The notes beneath the pieces are model-generated. The model was not told where the DNA came from. It searched no databases and worked only from the letters and a program-made list of their open reading frames with translations. A stretch of DNA of 64,000 nucleotides, taken from contig NC_043014.1 in NCBI RefSeq assembly GCF_006345805.1, forward strand, positions 23,808,001 through 23,872,000, in the 5' to 3' direction. The DNA comes from Octopus sinensis. Its lineage: Eukaryota. The first letter of the stretch is position 1; the number at the start of each line of letters is the position of its first letter. A program made the position numbers and the translations under genes. Shown here piece after piece: positions 23,818-37,199 of the stretch.

Positions 23818-26503
23818 TCATCATCATCATCGTTTAACGTCCGCTTTCCATGCTAGCATGGGTTGGACGGTTCAACTGGGGTCTGGGAAGCCCGAAGGCT
23901 GCACCAGGCCAGTCAGATCTGGCAGTGTTTCTGCAGCTGGATGCCTTTCCTAACGCCAACCACTCGGTGAGTGTAGTGGGTGCTTTTTATATGCCACCGA
24001 CACAGGTGCCAGACAAGGCTGGTGAACGGCCATGCTCGGATGGTGTTTTTTATGTGCCACCGACACAGGTGCCAGACGAGGCTGGCGAACGGCCACGATT
24101 GGATGGTGTTTTTTATGTGCCCACAGCACGGAGGCCAGTCGATGCGTTACTGGCTACGGCCACGTTCGGATGGTTTTCTTATGTGCCACCGGCACTAGTA
24201 CCATAAAAATACAAATTCCATTGATGTTCATTGATTTTGACTTTGATTTTCACTTGCCTCAACAGGTCTTCACAAGTAGAGTTATGTGTCCCAAGAAGGA
24301 AGGTATGCACAGGTGGACTGACTACATCCCAGGTAGGGGCCATGGGTTATGACCTCACGTGTCCTGCCGGGTCTTCTCGCGCACAGCATACTTCCAAAGG
24401 TTTTGGTCTCTGGTCATTTCCTCGGTGAGACTTAAAGCGCGAAGGTCATTCTTCACCACCTCGTCCCAGGTTTTCCTGGGTCTACCTCTTCCACAGGTTC
24501 CCTCAACCACTAGGATGTGGCACTTTTTCACACAACTATCTTCATCCATTCTTACTACGTGTTCATACCAGCGTAGACGCTTCTCTTGCACACCACATCT
24601 GATGCTTCTTAGGTCCAACTTTTCTCTCAAGGCACTTACACTCTGTCGGGTATGAACACTGACATTACACATCCAACGGAGCATACTGGCATCATTTCTT
24701 GCGAGCTTACGCATATCCTCAGCAGTCACGCCCCATGTTTCACTGCCATGTAGCATGGCTGTTCGCACACATGCGTCATACAGTCTGCCTTTTACTCTGA
24801 GCGAGAGGCCTTTTGTCACCAGCAGAGGTAAGAGCTCTCTGAACTTTACCCAGGCTATTCTTACTCTAGCAGTTACACTTTCGGCACACCCACCCCCGCT
24901 ACTTACTTGGTCACCTAGGTAATGGAAACTATCAACTATTTCAAGTTTTTGTCCCTGGAATGTGGTGGAAGATGGTCTCTGCGCATTTTCAGTCTTTATT
25001 GAACCAGAGCATCTACCACATACAAAAACTATCTTCCTAGTTAGCCTTCCTTTGACATTGCTGCACCTCTTATGTGTGCATAGCTTACACTTGGTGCATC
25101 TTATAGAGTTCCTACCTACGCCTTTTCTACAGATTGAGCAGGGCCATCTACCTGAAGGCATTTGAGATTTGTTTACCTTCCTACTTATTAGGACTTTGGT
25201 TTTAGCTAGATTGACTCTAAGGCCCTTCGATTCTAATCCTTGCTTCCACGCCTGAATCTTCACCTCGAGTTCTGATAGTGATTCAGCAATTAGAGCAAGG
25301 TCATCAGCATAGAGGAGCTCCCAGGGGCATCCTGTCTTGAATTCCTCCGTTATTGCCTGGTGGACTATGATAAATAGGAAGGGGCTGAGGACTGAGCCTT
25401 GGTGGACCCCAACCTCCACCCGGAATTCTTCACTGTACTCGTTGCACACCCTCACCTTACTAAGCTCTCACTAACCATTCATCTATCCCTAGTTTCCTCA
25501 TTGACCACCAGATAAGGAATCGGGGGACCCTGTCAAAGGCTTTCTCCAAGTCAACGAATGCCAGGTACAGAGTTTTATCTTTGGCTAGGTATTTCTCCTG
25601 CAGCTGTCTCACCAGAAATATGGCATCAGTGGTGCTTTTCCCTGGCACAAAACCAAGCTGCATCTCGTCTAGGTTGACTCTCTCTTAAATCAGTTTGTAG
25701 CAGTTGACTATTATGCTACTACACCAGTCATTGGGTATGACTCCTTCGTCTATCACCTGGTTAACTATACGGGTGACTAGGCTATAGCCGACACTGCCAG
25801 ATATTTTGAGCATCTCAGCAGTAATTCCTGATGGGCCTGGGGCTTTCCCTGTCTTCATGCTTCCAATTGCCTTAACTACCATGGAACTGTCAACTCAGAT
25901 AGCTGGTCCCTCTGTTGGGTCGACATTCGGCAGGCTCTCTTTATCCCATTCATTCTCTTTGTTGAGCAACCTTTCATAGTGGCGTCTCCAAACCTCTCTC
26001 TTTGCATCCTCATTTAGCGCAAGTGAACCATCATCCATGCGAACACATTTCTCTCCTACCACATCACGATTCTCTCTCACACACTGTCTTGCAACACGAA
26101 ACACCTCAAGTCTTTGGTCCTCACGGCGCAGAACATTGGCAATGTTTTTCTTATCTGCTTCCCCTCTAGCTAAATATACCTGTCTCCTAGCTTCTCTTTT
26201 CGCAGTCTGATACAATTCCCTACTACCACCTTTCCTCCAGTCCTTCCAAGCCTGTCTCTTGTCTCTAATAGCCCTGTCTACAACATTGTTCTACCACCAC
26301 GTTACCCTGGGACGAGATGGGACTTTGCTCCATCCACAAATCTGGTCAGTGTCTCTCAGCAGATTGTCCCGTAGAAACCTCCAGTTGGCTTCCACATTAT
26401 GTGATGCTATATCCCCTTCTATTTCGTCGAAAGCTTCGAGTAGAACTTCTCTAAATCTTCGTCCATTTACAGGATCTTTAAGTTTCCAGACTCTTCTCCT
26501 CCT
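23818..26503 (-). mobile_element. RTE LINE, 5'-truncated, frameshifted RT (ORFs 24355-26215), 3' UTR with tandem units, (GAT)n tail
   Basis: QLGFVPGKSTTDAIF, FVDLEKAFDRV, GVHQGSVLSP, LLYADD, YLG, RGRPRKTW. Confidence 0.95.
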
Positions 26504-26528
26504 ATGTATATGTGTATATGTATGTATA

Positions 26529-26586
<58 letters not shown>

Positions 26587-26591
26587 ATATT
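26504..26591. repeat. (TA)n microsatellite flanking the Penelope-like element
   Basis: Directly visible. Confidence 0.95.
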
Positions 26592-27588
26592 TAAATAGGT
26601 GAATGAATTATCCTATGTTTATCGTTAGCATGGAAAATTCGTTTAACCGAAACCTGGGTAGCAAATTCACGTCAGAAATACGGTTGGAGCAACCTGTCCA
26701 AGGGTAGAAACTCCGGGTTCATGTACAGAAATTTGTGTGTTGTATATGAATAAATGAAAGAATGGAGTCGAACGAAGATGTTAACAAAATTCCTTTACTC
26801 TCGACATATGTTTCGAAGACGACATGTTTTCATTCCAAAAGAATAAAGGGTGCATTATGCAATCTTATCAGGATCTTTCCTGATGAGAAGATTGCATAAT
26901 GCAATAAAACAAGACAAACAAAAATTTCGATGACTACCTACATGGTAAACAAAGCGATAATGAGTGTTTTTTTTTAAGAAACCGTTAGAAGAATTGACGT
27001 CAAAGATAGATAGTAGGAAGAGAAGGGTTAAAGGAATAATAGGTAGGGAACAAGTGGAGAGGGAAAGGTACGTTGATTGAAAGAATGTTCGAAGGCTTAG
27101 GAAAGAATCTCGCTATAGAAGTGGGGTGGACGTAAAGCTAATTGTTCAAACCACAGTGACTATCGTTATCATTTATATGAGTAGAAAGTATGTTTCTGCC
27201 AGTGTTTACATTTGTATGATTTTTCTATGAGTGTGTTTACTAGGGGAACCTTAGAGAAGAGAATATGGAATAGTTCAGAGTTACAAATGTTACAAAATCT
27301 CCTGCCCTTATCAAAAGGAAAGGATACAGAAGGTATGAACCAATCTAACTTGAAATTTATATTGTTGTCTTTAAGATGCCAAACTAATTTACTTAGCCCT
27401 GTACTATGTCGTTTTTTTACTATCCCTGAATGTTGAATAGTAGTTTGAAATTCTCTTGGATAACTGGGAAGTGGATGCTCCTATATAGAAGAAGATATTG
27501 GTACCGGAAGAAATTCTACACTAGTAAATAGAATTCTTAATCTTAGAATTACTAGACAAAAATTTAATTCTGTTGGGGTTGTCCTCCG
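26592..27588 (-). mobile_element. Inverted copy of the Penelope-like element 3' end + pLTR
   Basis: 26908-27588 is the reverse complement of about 29908-30588; 26592-26870 carries the pLTR/HHR and overlaps 27589-27710 and 30610-30718. Confidence 0.92.
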
Positions 27589-30500
27589 AACCTGGAGGCT
27601 CTACCCTTGGACAGGTTGCTCCAACCGTGAATTTGCTACCCAGGTTTCGGTTAAACGAATTTTCTATGCTGACGATAAACATAGGATAATTCATTCACCT
27701 ATTTAAATATTCTTATACAGTTTCCCTGAGAACCTGCTTACATAACCGATACCGCAAATGGAGTTGTTCAATATTAACGCCTCCCTTAAGGATATCCCTA
27801 TACCACTGAAAAAAGCCTTCCTTAAGGAAATTATTAACAAGACCAATGCATTTATCATCCGCATCGGATGGCTCACCTTCTTCCACGACAATGAGGACCG
27901 AAACGGACCAGTAACGACGTCTCCCTTGAATATAAAAAACTGTTTAAATCGAGGGGAACTCCTCCACCTAATCCTAGATTGAAGAAATTCGAAGATGATC
28001 TTTGGGACATCGTAAAGAATATTAAATTTCATAAATCACCCCTCAGGAATAAGCACTTTAGATACCTCGATAACATCTCTAGAGATATAAACAGCTTGGA
28101 TTCTATCCTGGTCGAATCGGATTAAACCGGCAACACATATAAGCTTACCAAGAGCCATTATTTGGAATTGTTCAAAAAGGAGATACATAAGAATTACAGG
28201 ACCACCAGTAGGAATACTCTCAGGCAGGCCAACTTAGAAACTAAACAGATTATGGAAACATGGATTACAGATGAAGACGAAACCATTGAACTCTAGGCAA
28301 CCCAGATTCATCTTAAAGGACCACAAGCAGAACTTTCATACTAACCCAGCATTGCAGCTTATATGCCCTTCCAGTTCAGACATTGGTACCCTTAGTAAAT
28401 ACATATTAGATAAGTATATCCCTATATTAATTAATAAATTAAAACTTAGCTTATGGTTCAATTCTGTTCAAGTCGTAGATTGGTTTACTTCTATTACTGA
28501 TAAGGCTAACACTAAATTTATCCAATTCGATATATCTAGTTTGTATTCTTCAATCAACCCTATTATACTTAATAAGGCCCTATGGCACGCACACAATAAG
28601 GCAGGCCTCTCCAGGGAGGAAATTAGTGTGATATTGACTGCTAGGAAATCTTTCATCCAGTTCGATAGCAAGTTGTGGGTCCGTAGAGATACCCCTAATG
28701 CCTTTGATGTACTAATGGGAAGTACAGACAGCGCCCAGATAGCCGATTTGGTCGGAATTTATATTCTTTATGAAATGGCCGACCAATTCCCGGACATCTG
28801 TGGAGGTCTGTATCATGACGATTGTCTGCTTTACCTCCAAAACTTTTCGAACCAAAAAATACAGAAGGTTAAGAACAGATTAGTTAGGTTTTTTAGTAGA
28901 ATGGGCTTGCACATAGTTTTTGACGAATTAACTAAAGCCAACTTCTTAGACATTACCCTCAATTTGCAGAATAACTCGTACTTCCCTTATCATAAACCTT
29001 CCACAAATCTTAAGTATATTAGCATTTTCAGTAATCATGCCAGGCCAATTACCGATAATTTAGTTAAAAACATCTCTGAGACTGTCCAAATTATCTGCTA
29101 ATGTCGACATCTTTAACCAAAAGGCAGACTTCTATAACGCCGCCTTGTTAAGAGCCGGTTATAAGGAAAAAGTGTCATACATTGACTCAGCTCATTCTAA
29201 ACCAACATCTGCTTCTCCAGATAGAAAAGTTACTCGTAATAGGAATAATGATTTCAATTCTAATAGTACCAGCAACCCTGTACATAAAATATATTCTTTA
29301 CGGACTAGGGGAGGTAAGCGCCATGCAACCCCAAATTTCCAACCCTGAAATTTTCCCCTTACTATCACAAATAACACTAAGAACAATTCAAAGGCCACAA
29401 AAAACAGTATCTGGTTTGTAATACCTTTCGGAAAACAAATTAAATCGAACCTTCCCTTACAGTTCCGTGAAGCCGTTGCTAGGAACTTTCCCAGAAATTC
29501 TAGATATCATTCCATTATCAATTCCCACAAAGTCAGAATCGCTTTCTCTAACACTTTCACAAATTATATCTTCCCACAATACCAAGCTGCTAAACAAAGA
29601 TTCTTCACCCGGGAGTTCCAACACTAATCTTGCTAATTCCAACCCATCATACAATCATAATAATAGGAATAGAATTAATAGTAACAACATTGGTAGCAGC
29701 GAAAGTGTTAACAATGATAATATTAATAATAGTATTAGTCGTGTTAATAACAATGGTAGTGTTGATGGTAACAACAATAACCGTATTATTGCCGGTTGTA
29801 TTACTGGTTGTAGTACCATTAATAATACTAATAATAATAGAAATAGTGTAGTTGTTAGTGCTAATAATAATAGTAACAACAATCATAACAATAAAAACTT
29901 CATTTCGATCTCGGAGGACAACCCCAACAGAATTAAATTTTTGTCTAGTAATTCTAAGATTAAGAATTCTATTTACCAGTGTAGAATTTCTTCCGGTACC
30001 GATGTCTTCTTCTATATAGGAGCGTCCACTTCCCAGTTATCCAAGAGAATTTCAAACCACTATTCAACATTCAGGGATAGTAAAAAACGACATAGTACAG
30101 GGCTAAGTAAATTAGTTTGGCATCTTAAAGACAACAATATAAATTTCAAGTTAGATTGGTTCATACTGTCTGTATCCTTTCCTTTTGATAAGGGCAGGAG
30201 ATTTTGTAACATTTGTAACTCTGAACTATTCCATATTCTCTTCTCTAAGGTTCCCCTGGTAAACACACTCATAGAAAAATCATACAAATGTAAACACTGG
30301 CAGAAACATACTTTCTACTCATATAAATGATAACGATAGTCACTGTGGTTTGAACAATTAGCTCCACGTCCACCCCACTGCTATAGAGAAATTCTTTCCT
30401 AAGCCTTCGAACATTCTTTCAATCAACGTACCTTTCCCTCTCCACTTGTTCCCTACCTATTATTCCTTTAACCCTTCTCTTCCTACTATCTATCTTTGAC

Positions 30501-30718
30501 GTCAATTCTAACGGTTTTTAAAAAAAAAACACTCATTATCGCTTTGTTCACCATGTAGGCAGTCATTGAAATTTTTGTTTGTCTTGTTGTCGAGAGAGGC
30601 TCCCTTTCTTTCCTGATGAGAAGATTGCATAATGCACCCTTTATTCCTTTGGAATGAAAACATGTCGAGAGTAAAGGAATTCTGTTAACATCTTCGTTCG
30701 ACTCCATTCTTTCATTTA
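27589..30718 (+). mobile_element. Penelope-like retroelement, Naiad type (RT + C-terminal GIY-YIG); ORF 27758-30330 broken by stops and frameshifts
   Basis: D(K>*)TGNTY, ILKDHKQNF, FIQFDISSLYSSI, FDVLMGSTDSAQIADLVG, GLYHDD, FLDITL, IYQC..YIG..RISNH, CNIC..E..C.H; Naiad assignment from remembered motif profile. Confidence 0.9.
30601..30677 (+). ncRNA. pLTR hammerhead ribozyme motif (3' copy, stem II 3' strand deleted)
   Basis: ccctttctttc-CTGATGA-GAAGA..GTC-gagagtaaagg; the missing TCTTC-GAAAC-ATAT-GTC is preserved in the inverted copy at 26803-26819. Confidence 0.7.
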
Positions 30719-31804
30719 TATATATATGTATGTAAATGTTTAGTGCCCAGTCACCAAAAATTTTTTTTTTCACTATGTTTTCAATGACGGAGATTCCGAT
30801 TGCAGGGGAAAAAAAACACATTTTCAAATTTTTAAATTCCATCCCCAAATTTTAAACTTTTATTTTTAATTTTTTTTTCAATCTACATAGGAAAATACAG
30901 AGATAAAGAATATGGGGGTAAAAAGCAGTGTGTGTCCCACTGTCTAAAAGTGAAAATGAACGGCTGTTTTGTCCGTTTCCGACTGCGTAAATGCATAGTG
31001 AAACAGCGAAAGGATCATGGCATGTGAAGCCTTCATCATGAAACTCGATATACTAAAAATAACAGCTAAATATCTAGAGAATTTTTGTGTATGTGTGCGT
31101 GCAACAATTTCTACAGCTTATCTAAATGAACAGAGAAAGAAATGCACAAAATATATTTTACATACCTGTCATATATGTCAGTTTTTTTTTTCTTTTGCTT
31201 TAAAGGTAATCGATTCTGATAGAAGTAATTACCTTATTGTCAATTCATTGGAATAATCCCAACAAAATACTACAAGTTTAGTCACTGGCTCAGCATCTAT
31301 GTCTTTATAATGGTAATTTGTGCCATTTGAATAGTGTTTCTATGAAATTTCATCAATATATATCCATTTTCCTCAAACTTATGAGGGAAAAATTGGATCT
31401 TGTGAATTTTCCAAAAGTCCTTCCCCCGCACATTTGTTTGCGCAAATTTTATTTTTCATATTGTTTTCTACACAGCTTTTAACACCTAGCAGGCTGGGTT
31501 TTTTTGTTTTCGTTAACGGGAGTCTATCTTTATATTAACCCAGTTTTTGCCATTGTGTAAAAATTTCTTTTAATACAACATAAAAATGAAACTAAGAGAA
31601 AAAAGAATGTTTTACTTGCTGCAATTGCCTTTATGTAATTCCCATCGACTTCAATTTTTGCATAACCATTTTTTTCATCTTCCACACATAACAAAAATAC
31701 AAGCATACATCAACTCAGGTCAGCAATCGGTTTCAAAACATGTGGCTTCATTCAAACAACAATGTAACAGGAAAAATTATTTAAAAAAAAAAATTATTAA
31801 GCAT

Positions 31805-32058
31805 AGGACTGGCTGTGTGGTAAGTAGCTTGCTTACGAACCACATGGTTTATGTATGTGTATGTCTATGTTTGTCACCCCCAACATCGCTTGACAACCGA
31901 TACTGGTGTGTTTACGTCCCTGTAACTTAGCAGTTTGGCAAGAGAGACCGATAGAATAAGTACTAAGCTTACAAAGAATAAGTCCTGGGGTCGACTTGCT
32001 TGACTAAAGGCAGTGCTGCAGCATGACCACAGTCAAATGACTGAAACAAGCAAAAGAG
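31805..32058 (+). mobile_element. tRNA-derived SINE (same family as 9076)
   Basis: ggctgtgtggtaagtagcttgctt..gaataagtcctggggtcg..gtcaaatgactgaaacaag. Confidence 0.85.
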
Positions 32059-32744
32059 AGCTTATATTGGGTTTTAATAAATGGTTTGTGCATATTTTCA
32101 CATGTATTTTATTTGATTTTTCCACTTCAGTATTAGTTTTTAGATGTCTTTTGCTTTTAAATTTTTATGCTTTATCTTCATTGAAGTTGATGTAAATTCA
32201 GATAAATCTATTGCAGTTAAGGTATATTAAAAAAACCCCAAAATGGCCTCAATAAAAAAACGAATCCAATAAAATTAAATATTCAGGAACACTGTTATGG
32301 TGCTGTGAGAAAAGGAAATATTTAAGTAGCATTCTTTACTAATCAAATGTTGAATAAATAGGAAATCCTTATTGTGGTCACTTAACATACTTTGTTTTGA
32401 GCTAACAGGAGTGATCCCGCCACCAGTAGTCAAAAACAAAAAATCTTTTAACATGGGCTTAAGAGTGCTAAATAGTGATATACATTGTCCACTAATTACA
32501 TGTAGACTTGACAACTAAGACGTTAATCTAATTACTGGACATTTTGTCGACCAAAGACAAGCATATTTCTAAAAATTGAAAAACAAAAGGAAATTATAAT
32601 CTGCTAGAAATACCAACCAAATTTCCACAAATCATACCCTCTGTCTTAAAACATTGTTTTATGGCATTATTGTGCAGTATAGATCCTATCAATTATTTAA
32701 CTTTCATGTTGAATGTTAAGTCCCTTTATCTAAACGATATATAT

Positions 32745-33465
32745 ATCATCATCATCGTTTGACTGAAGTCTGGAGAGCCAGCAGCTGCACCAGACTCCAA
32801 TTTGATCTAGCAATGTTTCTACAGTTGGATGCCCTTCCTAATGCCAACCACTCTGAGAGTGTAATGGGTGCTTTTTATGTTCCACTGGCACAGGAGCCAG
32901 TCAGGAGGCACTGGCCACAGCTATGATATTGGTTTTATTTGACTCAGCAGGTCTTCTCAAGCAAATCATATAGCCAGACACATCAAGGGTACTCTTAACT
33001 GGGCTGGACATGCATAGCTGTGATCTCACTTTAGTTGCTGGGTCTTCTCAATTACAGCATATCTCCAAAGGTCTCAGTCTCCTGTCATTGCCTCTGTGAG
33101 GCTCAGTGTTCGAAGGTCATGCCACCACCTCATCCCATGTCTTGCTGGGTCTACCTCTTCCACAAGTTCCTTCTACAGTTAGGGATTGGCACTTCCTCAC
33201 ACGGCTGTCCTCATCCATACGTAGTACATGACCATACCAGTGCAATTGTCTCTCTTGCATACCTCATTTGATGCTTCTTATACCCAACTTTTCTCTCAGT
33301 GCGCTTACACACCGTTGTGTATGCACACTGACATTGCACATGCAGCAGATCATACTAGCTTCATTTCTTTCAAGCCTACGCATGTTTTCAGCAGTCATGG
33401 CCTGTTTAACTGCCATGTAGCATGTCAGTTCATACACATGCATCATACAGTCTACCTTTCATTAT
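32745..33465 (-). mobile_element. RTE LINE 3' fragment (older)
   Basis: MTAENMRRLERNEASM..CNVSVH; 3' UTR and (GAT)n tail. Confidence 0.85.
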
Positions 33466-33771
33466 ACACATATATACATATCATCATCATCGTTTAATGT
33501 CTGTTTTCCATGCTAGCATGGTTGGATATATATATATATATATATATTTATCTTTTGAAGTGACACTTTATATATGGTGAATTCAAAATAACCCATTATC
33601 AGGTATATATATATATACCTGATAATCAGCCGAAATTGTGAGGATGATCCAGTTCTTGACTGAAGATTAAAGGCTTAGAATAACCTGTCTGTGTTTTTTG
33701 CATCGTCTTCTGGATGTTTTGCGTTCTTGTCCCATTTTGTATTTCTTTATATTTTATATATATATATAGAT

Positions 33772-36560
33772 ATCATAATCATCATCGTTGTTTAACGTCC
33801 GCTAGCATGGGTTGGATGGTTCGACTGGGGTCTGGGAAGTGTTTCTACAGCTCGGATGCCCTTCCTAACGCCAACTACTCCGTGAGTGTAGTGGGTGCTT
33901 TTTATGTGCCACCGGCATGGAGGCCAGTCGGGGCGGCGCTGGCAATGGCCATGTTCGGATGGTTCTTTCACGTGCCATCGGCACTGGTACCACTACTATA
34001 ATTTCCATTGATTTTTGAGCGATTTCGATTTCGATTCCACTTGCCTCAACAGGTCTTCACAAGCAGAGTTTTCTGTCCCAAGAGGGAAAAGTATGTATAA
34101 GTGGGCTGGCTACATCCCAGGTAGAGGCCACGGGTTATGGTCTCATTTGTCCTGCCGGGTCTTCTCATGCACAGCATACTTCCAAAGGTCTCAGTCACTA
34201 GTCATTGCCTCGGTGAGATCTAATGTTCGAAGGTTGTGCTTCTTTCACAGGTTCCCTCAACTGCTAGGGTGTGGCACTTTTTCACACAACTATCTTCATC
34301 CATTCTCGCCACATGACCATACCAAGGCAATCGTCTCTCTTGCACACTACAACTGATGCTTCTTAGGTCCAACTTTTCTCTCAAGGTACTTACACTCTGT
34401 CGAGTATGAACACTGACATTACACATCCATTGGAGCATACTGGCTTCATTTCTTGTGAGCTTATGCATATCCTCAGCAGTCACGGCCCATGTTTCACTGC
34501 CATGTAACATGGCTGTTCGTACACGTGTCATACAGTCTGCTTTTTGCTCTGAGCGAGATGCCTTTTGTCACCAGCAGACGTAAGAGCTCTCTGAACTTTG
34601 CCCAGGCTATTCTTACTCTAGCAGTTACACTTTCAGCACACCCGCCCCCGCTACTTACTTGGTCACCTAGGTAATGGAAGCTATCAACTACTTCTAGTTT
34701 TTCTCCCTGGAATGTGGTGGAAGTTGTTCTCTTCACATTTTCAGTGTTTATTGCTCCTGAGCCACATACAAAAACTATCTTCCCAGTTAGCCTTCCTTTG
34801 ACATTGCTGCACCTCTTATGTGTCCATAGCTTACACCTGGTACATTTTATAGAGTTTCTACCTATGCCTTTTCTGCAGATCGAGCAGGGCCATCTACCTG
34901 AAAGAGTTTGTGATTTGTCTACCTTCCTACTTATTAGTACTTTGGTTTTAGCTAGGTTGACTCTAAGGCCCTTGATTCTAATCCTTGTTTCCCCACTTGA
35001 AACTTCTCCTCGAGTTCTGTTAGTGACTCGGCAATTGGAACAAGATCATCAGCATAGAGGAGCTCCCAGGGGCCTTGTGTCTTGAATTCCTCCGTTATTG
35101 CCTGGAGGACTATGATAAATAGAAGGGGGCTGAGGACTGAACCTTGGTGGACCCCTACCTGTACCTGGAATTCTTCACTGTACTCGTTGCCAGCCCTCAC
35201 CTTACTGACAGCGTCCCTGTGCACGGCTCTCACTAACCATTCATCTATCTCTAGTTTCCTCATTGACAACCAGATAAGGGATCGGGGGACCCTGTCGAAG
35301 GCTTTCTCCATGTCAACGAAAGCCAGGTACAGGGGCTTATCTTTGGCTAGGTATTTCTCCTGCAGCTGTGTAACCAGAAATATAGCATCAGTGGTGCTTT
35401 TCCCTGGCACGAAACCAAACTGCATCTCATCCAAACTGACTCTTTCCCTAATTAGTTGGGCTATGACCCTCTCCGTGACCTTCATTACCTGATCCAAGAG
35501 CTTGATACCTCTGAAATTATTTGTATCTGAAGCGTCACCTTTTCCTTTGTAGCAGTTGACTATAGTGCTGCTACACCAGTCATTGGGTATGACTCCTTCG
35601 TGTATCACCTGGTTAACTATACTGGTGACTAGGCTAATGCCAACACTACCAGATATTTTGAGCGTCTCTGCAGTAATTCCTGATGGGCTGGGTGCTTTCC
35701 CTGTCTTCATACTCTTAATTGCTTTAACTACAAAGGTACTGTCAACTCGGATAGCTGGTCCCTCTGTTGGGTCGACTATCGGCAGACTCTCTTTCTCCCA
35801 TTCATTTTCTTTGTTCAGCAACCTTTCATAGTGTCGTCTCCAAACCTCTCTCTTAGCAGCCTCATTCAGTGCAAGAGAACCATCATCCATGCAGACACAT
35901 TTCTCTCCTACAATATCACAATTCTCTCTCACACACTGTCTTGCAACACAAAATACCTCAAGTCTTTGGTCCTCACGGAGCAGAACATTGGCAAATTTTT
36001 TCTTATCTGCTTCCCTTCTGGCTAAATAAACCTGTCTCGTAGCTTCTCTTTTGGCAGTCTGATACGATTCCCTGCTACCATCATTCTTCCAGTCCTTCCA
36101 AGCCTGTCTCTTTTCTCTAATAGCCCTGTCTACAACATTGTTCCACCACCACGTTATTTTGGGTCGAGGGGGGAATTTGCACCATTCACAGATCTGGTCA
36201 GTGGCTCTCAGCAGGTTGTCCCTTAGAAACCTCCAGTTGTCTTCTACCCCATGTGAAGCTATATCCCCTTCTACTTCGTCAAAGGCTTCAAGTAATACAT
36301 CTCTAAATCTCTGTCCATTCACAGGATCTTTAAGCTACCAGACCCTTCTTCTCCATGTTGGTCATCCTCTTAGTCCTGATCCTAAAGTCACTAACTACCA
36401 GTCTATGTTGTGGGGTACATTCTTCACCTGGGAAGGTTTTGGCATTTATAAGCAGCCATCTCTCCCTTTTCCTGGCAAGGATGTAGTCAATTTGGCTAGT
36501 ATGTTGGCCCGATCAGTAGGTGGCTGGTAGGTTTCCTGAAGTTAGTGTTGCAAACTAAGA
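33772..36560 (-). mobile_element. RTE LINE: end of APE endonuclease + RT (ORF 34952-36322) + 3' UTR
   Basis: QIDYIL..EECTPQHRL (36400-36530); 456-aa RT ORF with QFGF, DMEKAFD, HQGSVLSP, YADD. Confidence 0.95.
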
Positions 36561-37103
36561 CAGAGTTTAGAGAATACATAGGTGTCTGTGTGATAACACT
36601 TTAATGGATGAATCAATGAATATGTTGGGTTGAGGAAATGCGTGGACTAAGCACCTCTAACTAGGAAGAGGGTCTGCTAATCATGGTTTAACGAGAGACC
36701 AAAAAAATAGGTTTGAAAAATCTGAGAAAGACAAATTTTAGGGAATAGAGAAGTGGCTGTGTGATAAGACTTTAATAGTTGAGAGAATCAACGAATATAA
36801 GGTTATCTTAGGGAACAACAAGGAAGACAAGACTATCGAAAAGTATATTTACATGATGGCATCTTACTGAACTAGACAGAATAATGATCTGTGCAAGAAT
36901 AGTAAGTAGATGAAACGAGGTTGAAAGAAGAATATTCTTATCTTTATCTGTTCATGAGCAACCCGTTATTCTTCGGTAAGGGTTAGGAAGCGAGTGGGAG
37001 TCCCGTTATGCGTTTGCTAGTTTATAATAGGGCTATGGCGGTGGAAGGAGGTCTAGGCGAAGCAAGTGGTTATCGAAAGAGGGAGACATAGTGAAACATA
37101 GGG

Positions 37104-37155
<52 letters not shown>

Positions 37156-37199
37156 TTATATATATATATATATATATATGTAGATGTATGTATACAAGC

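Noticed and set aside
29346-29348. In-frame TGA in the Naiad ORF as possible selenocysteine
   Set aside because: Lies in a low-complexity linker, not at a conserved Cys; the copy also has a TAA and frameshifts; no SECIS recognised; CGA>TGA decay is simpler
29630-29886. Hydrophobic TM-like ORFs
   Set aside because: Alternative frames of the AAT-rich linker
33655-33700. CTGAAGA..GAAT..GTC as a third hammerhead
   Set aside because: GAAA core not intact and no stem I/II pairing
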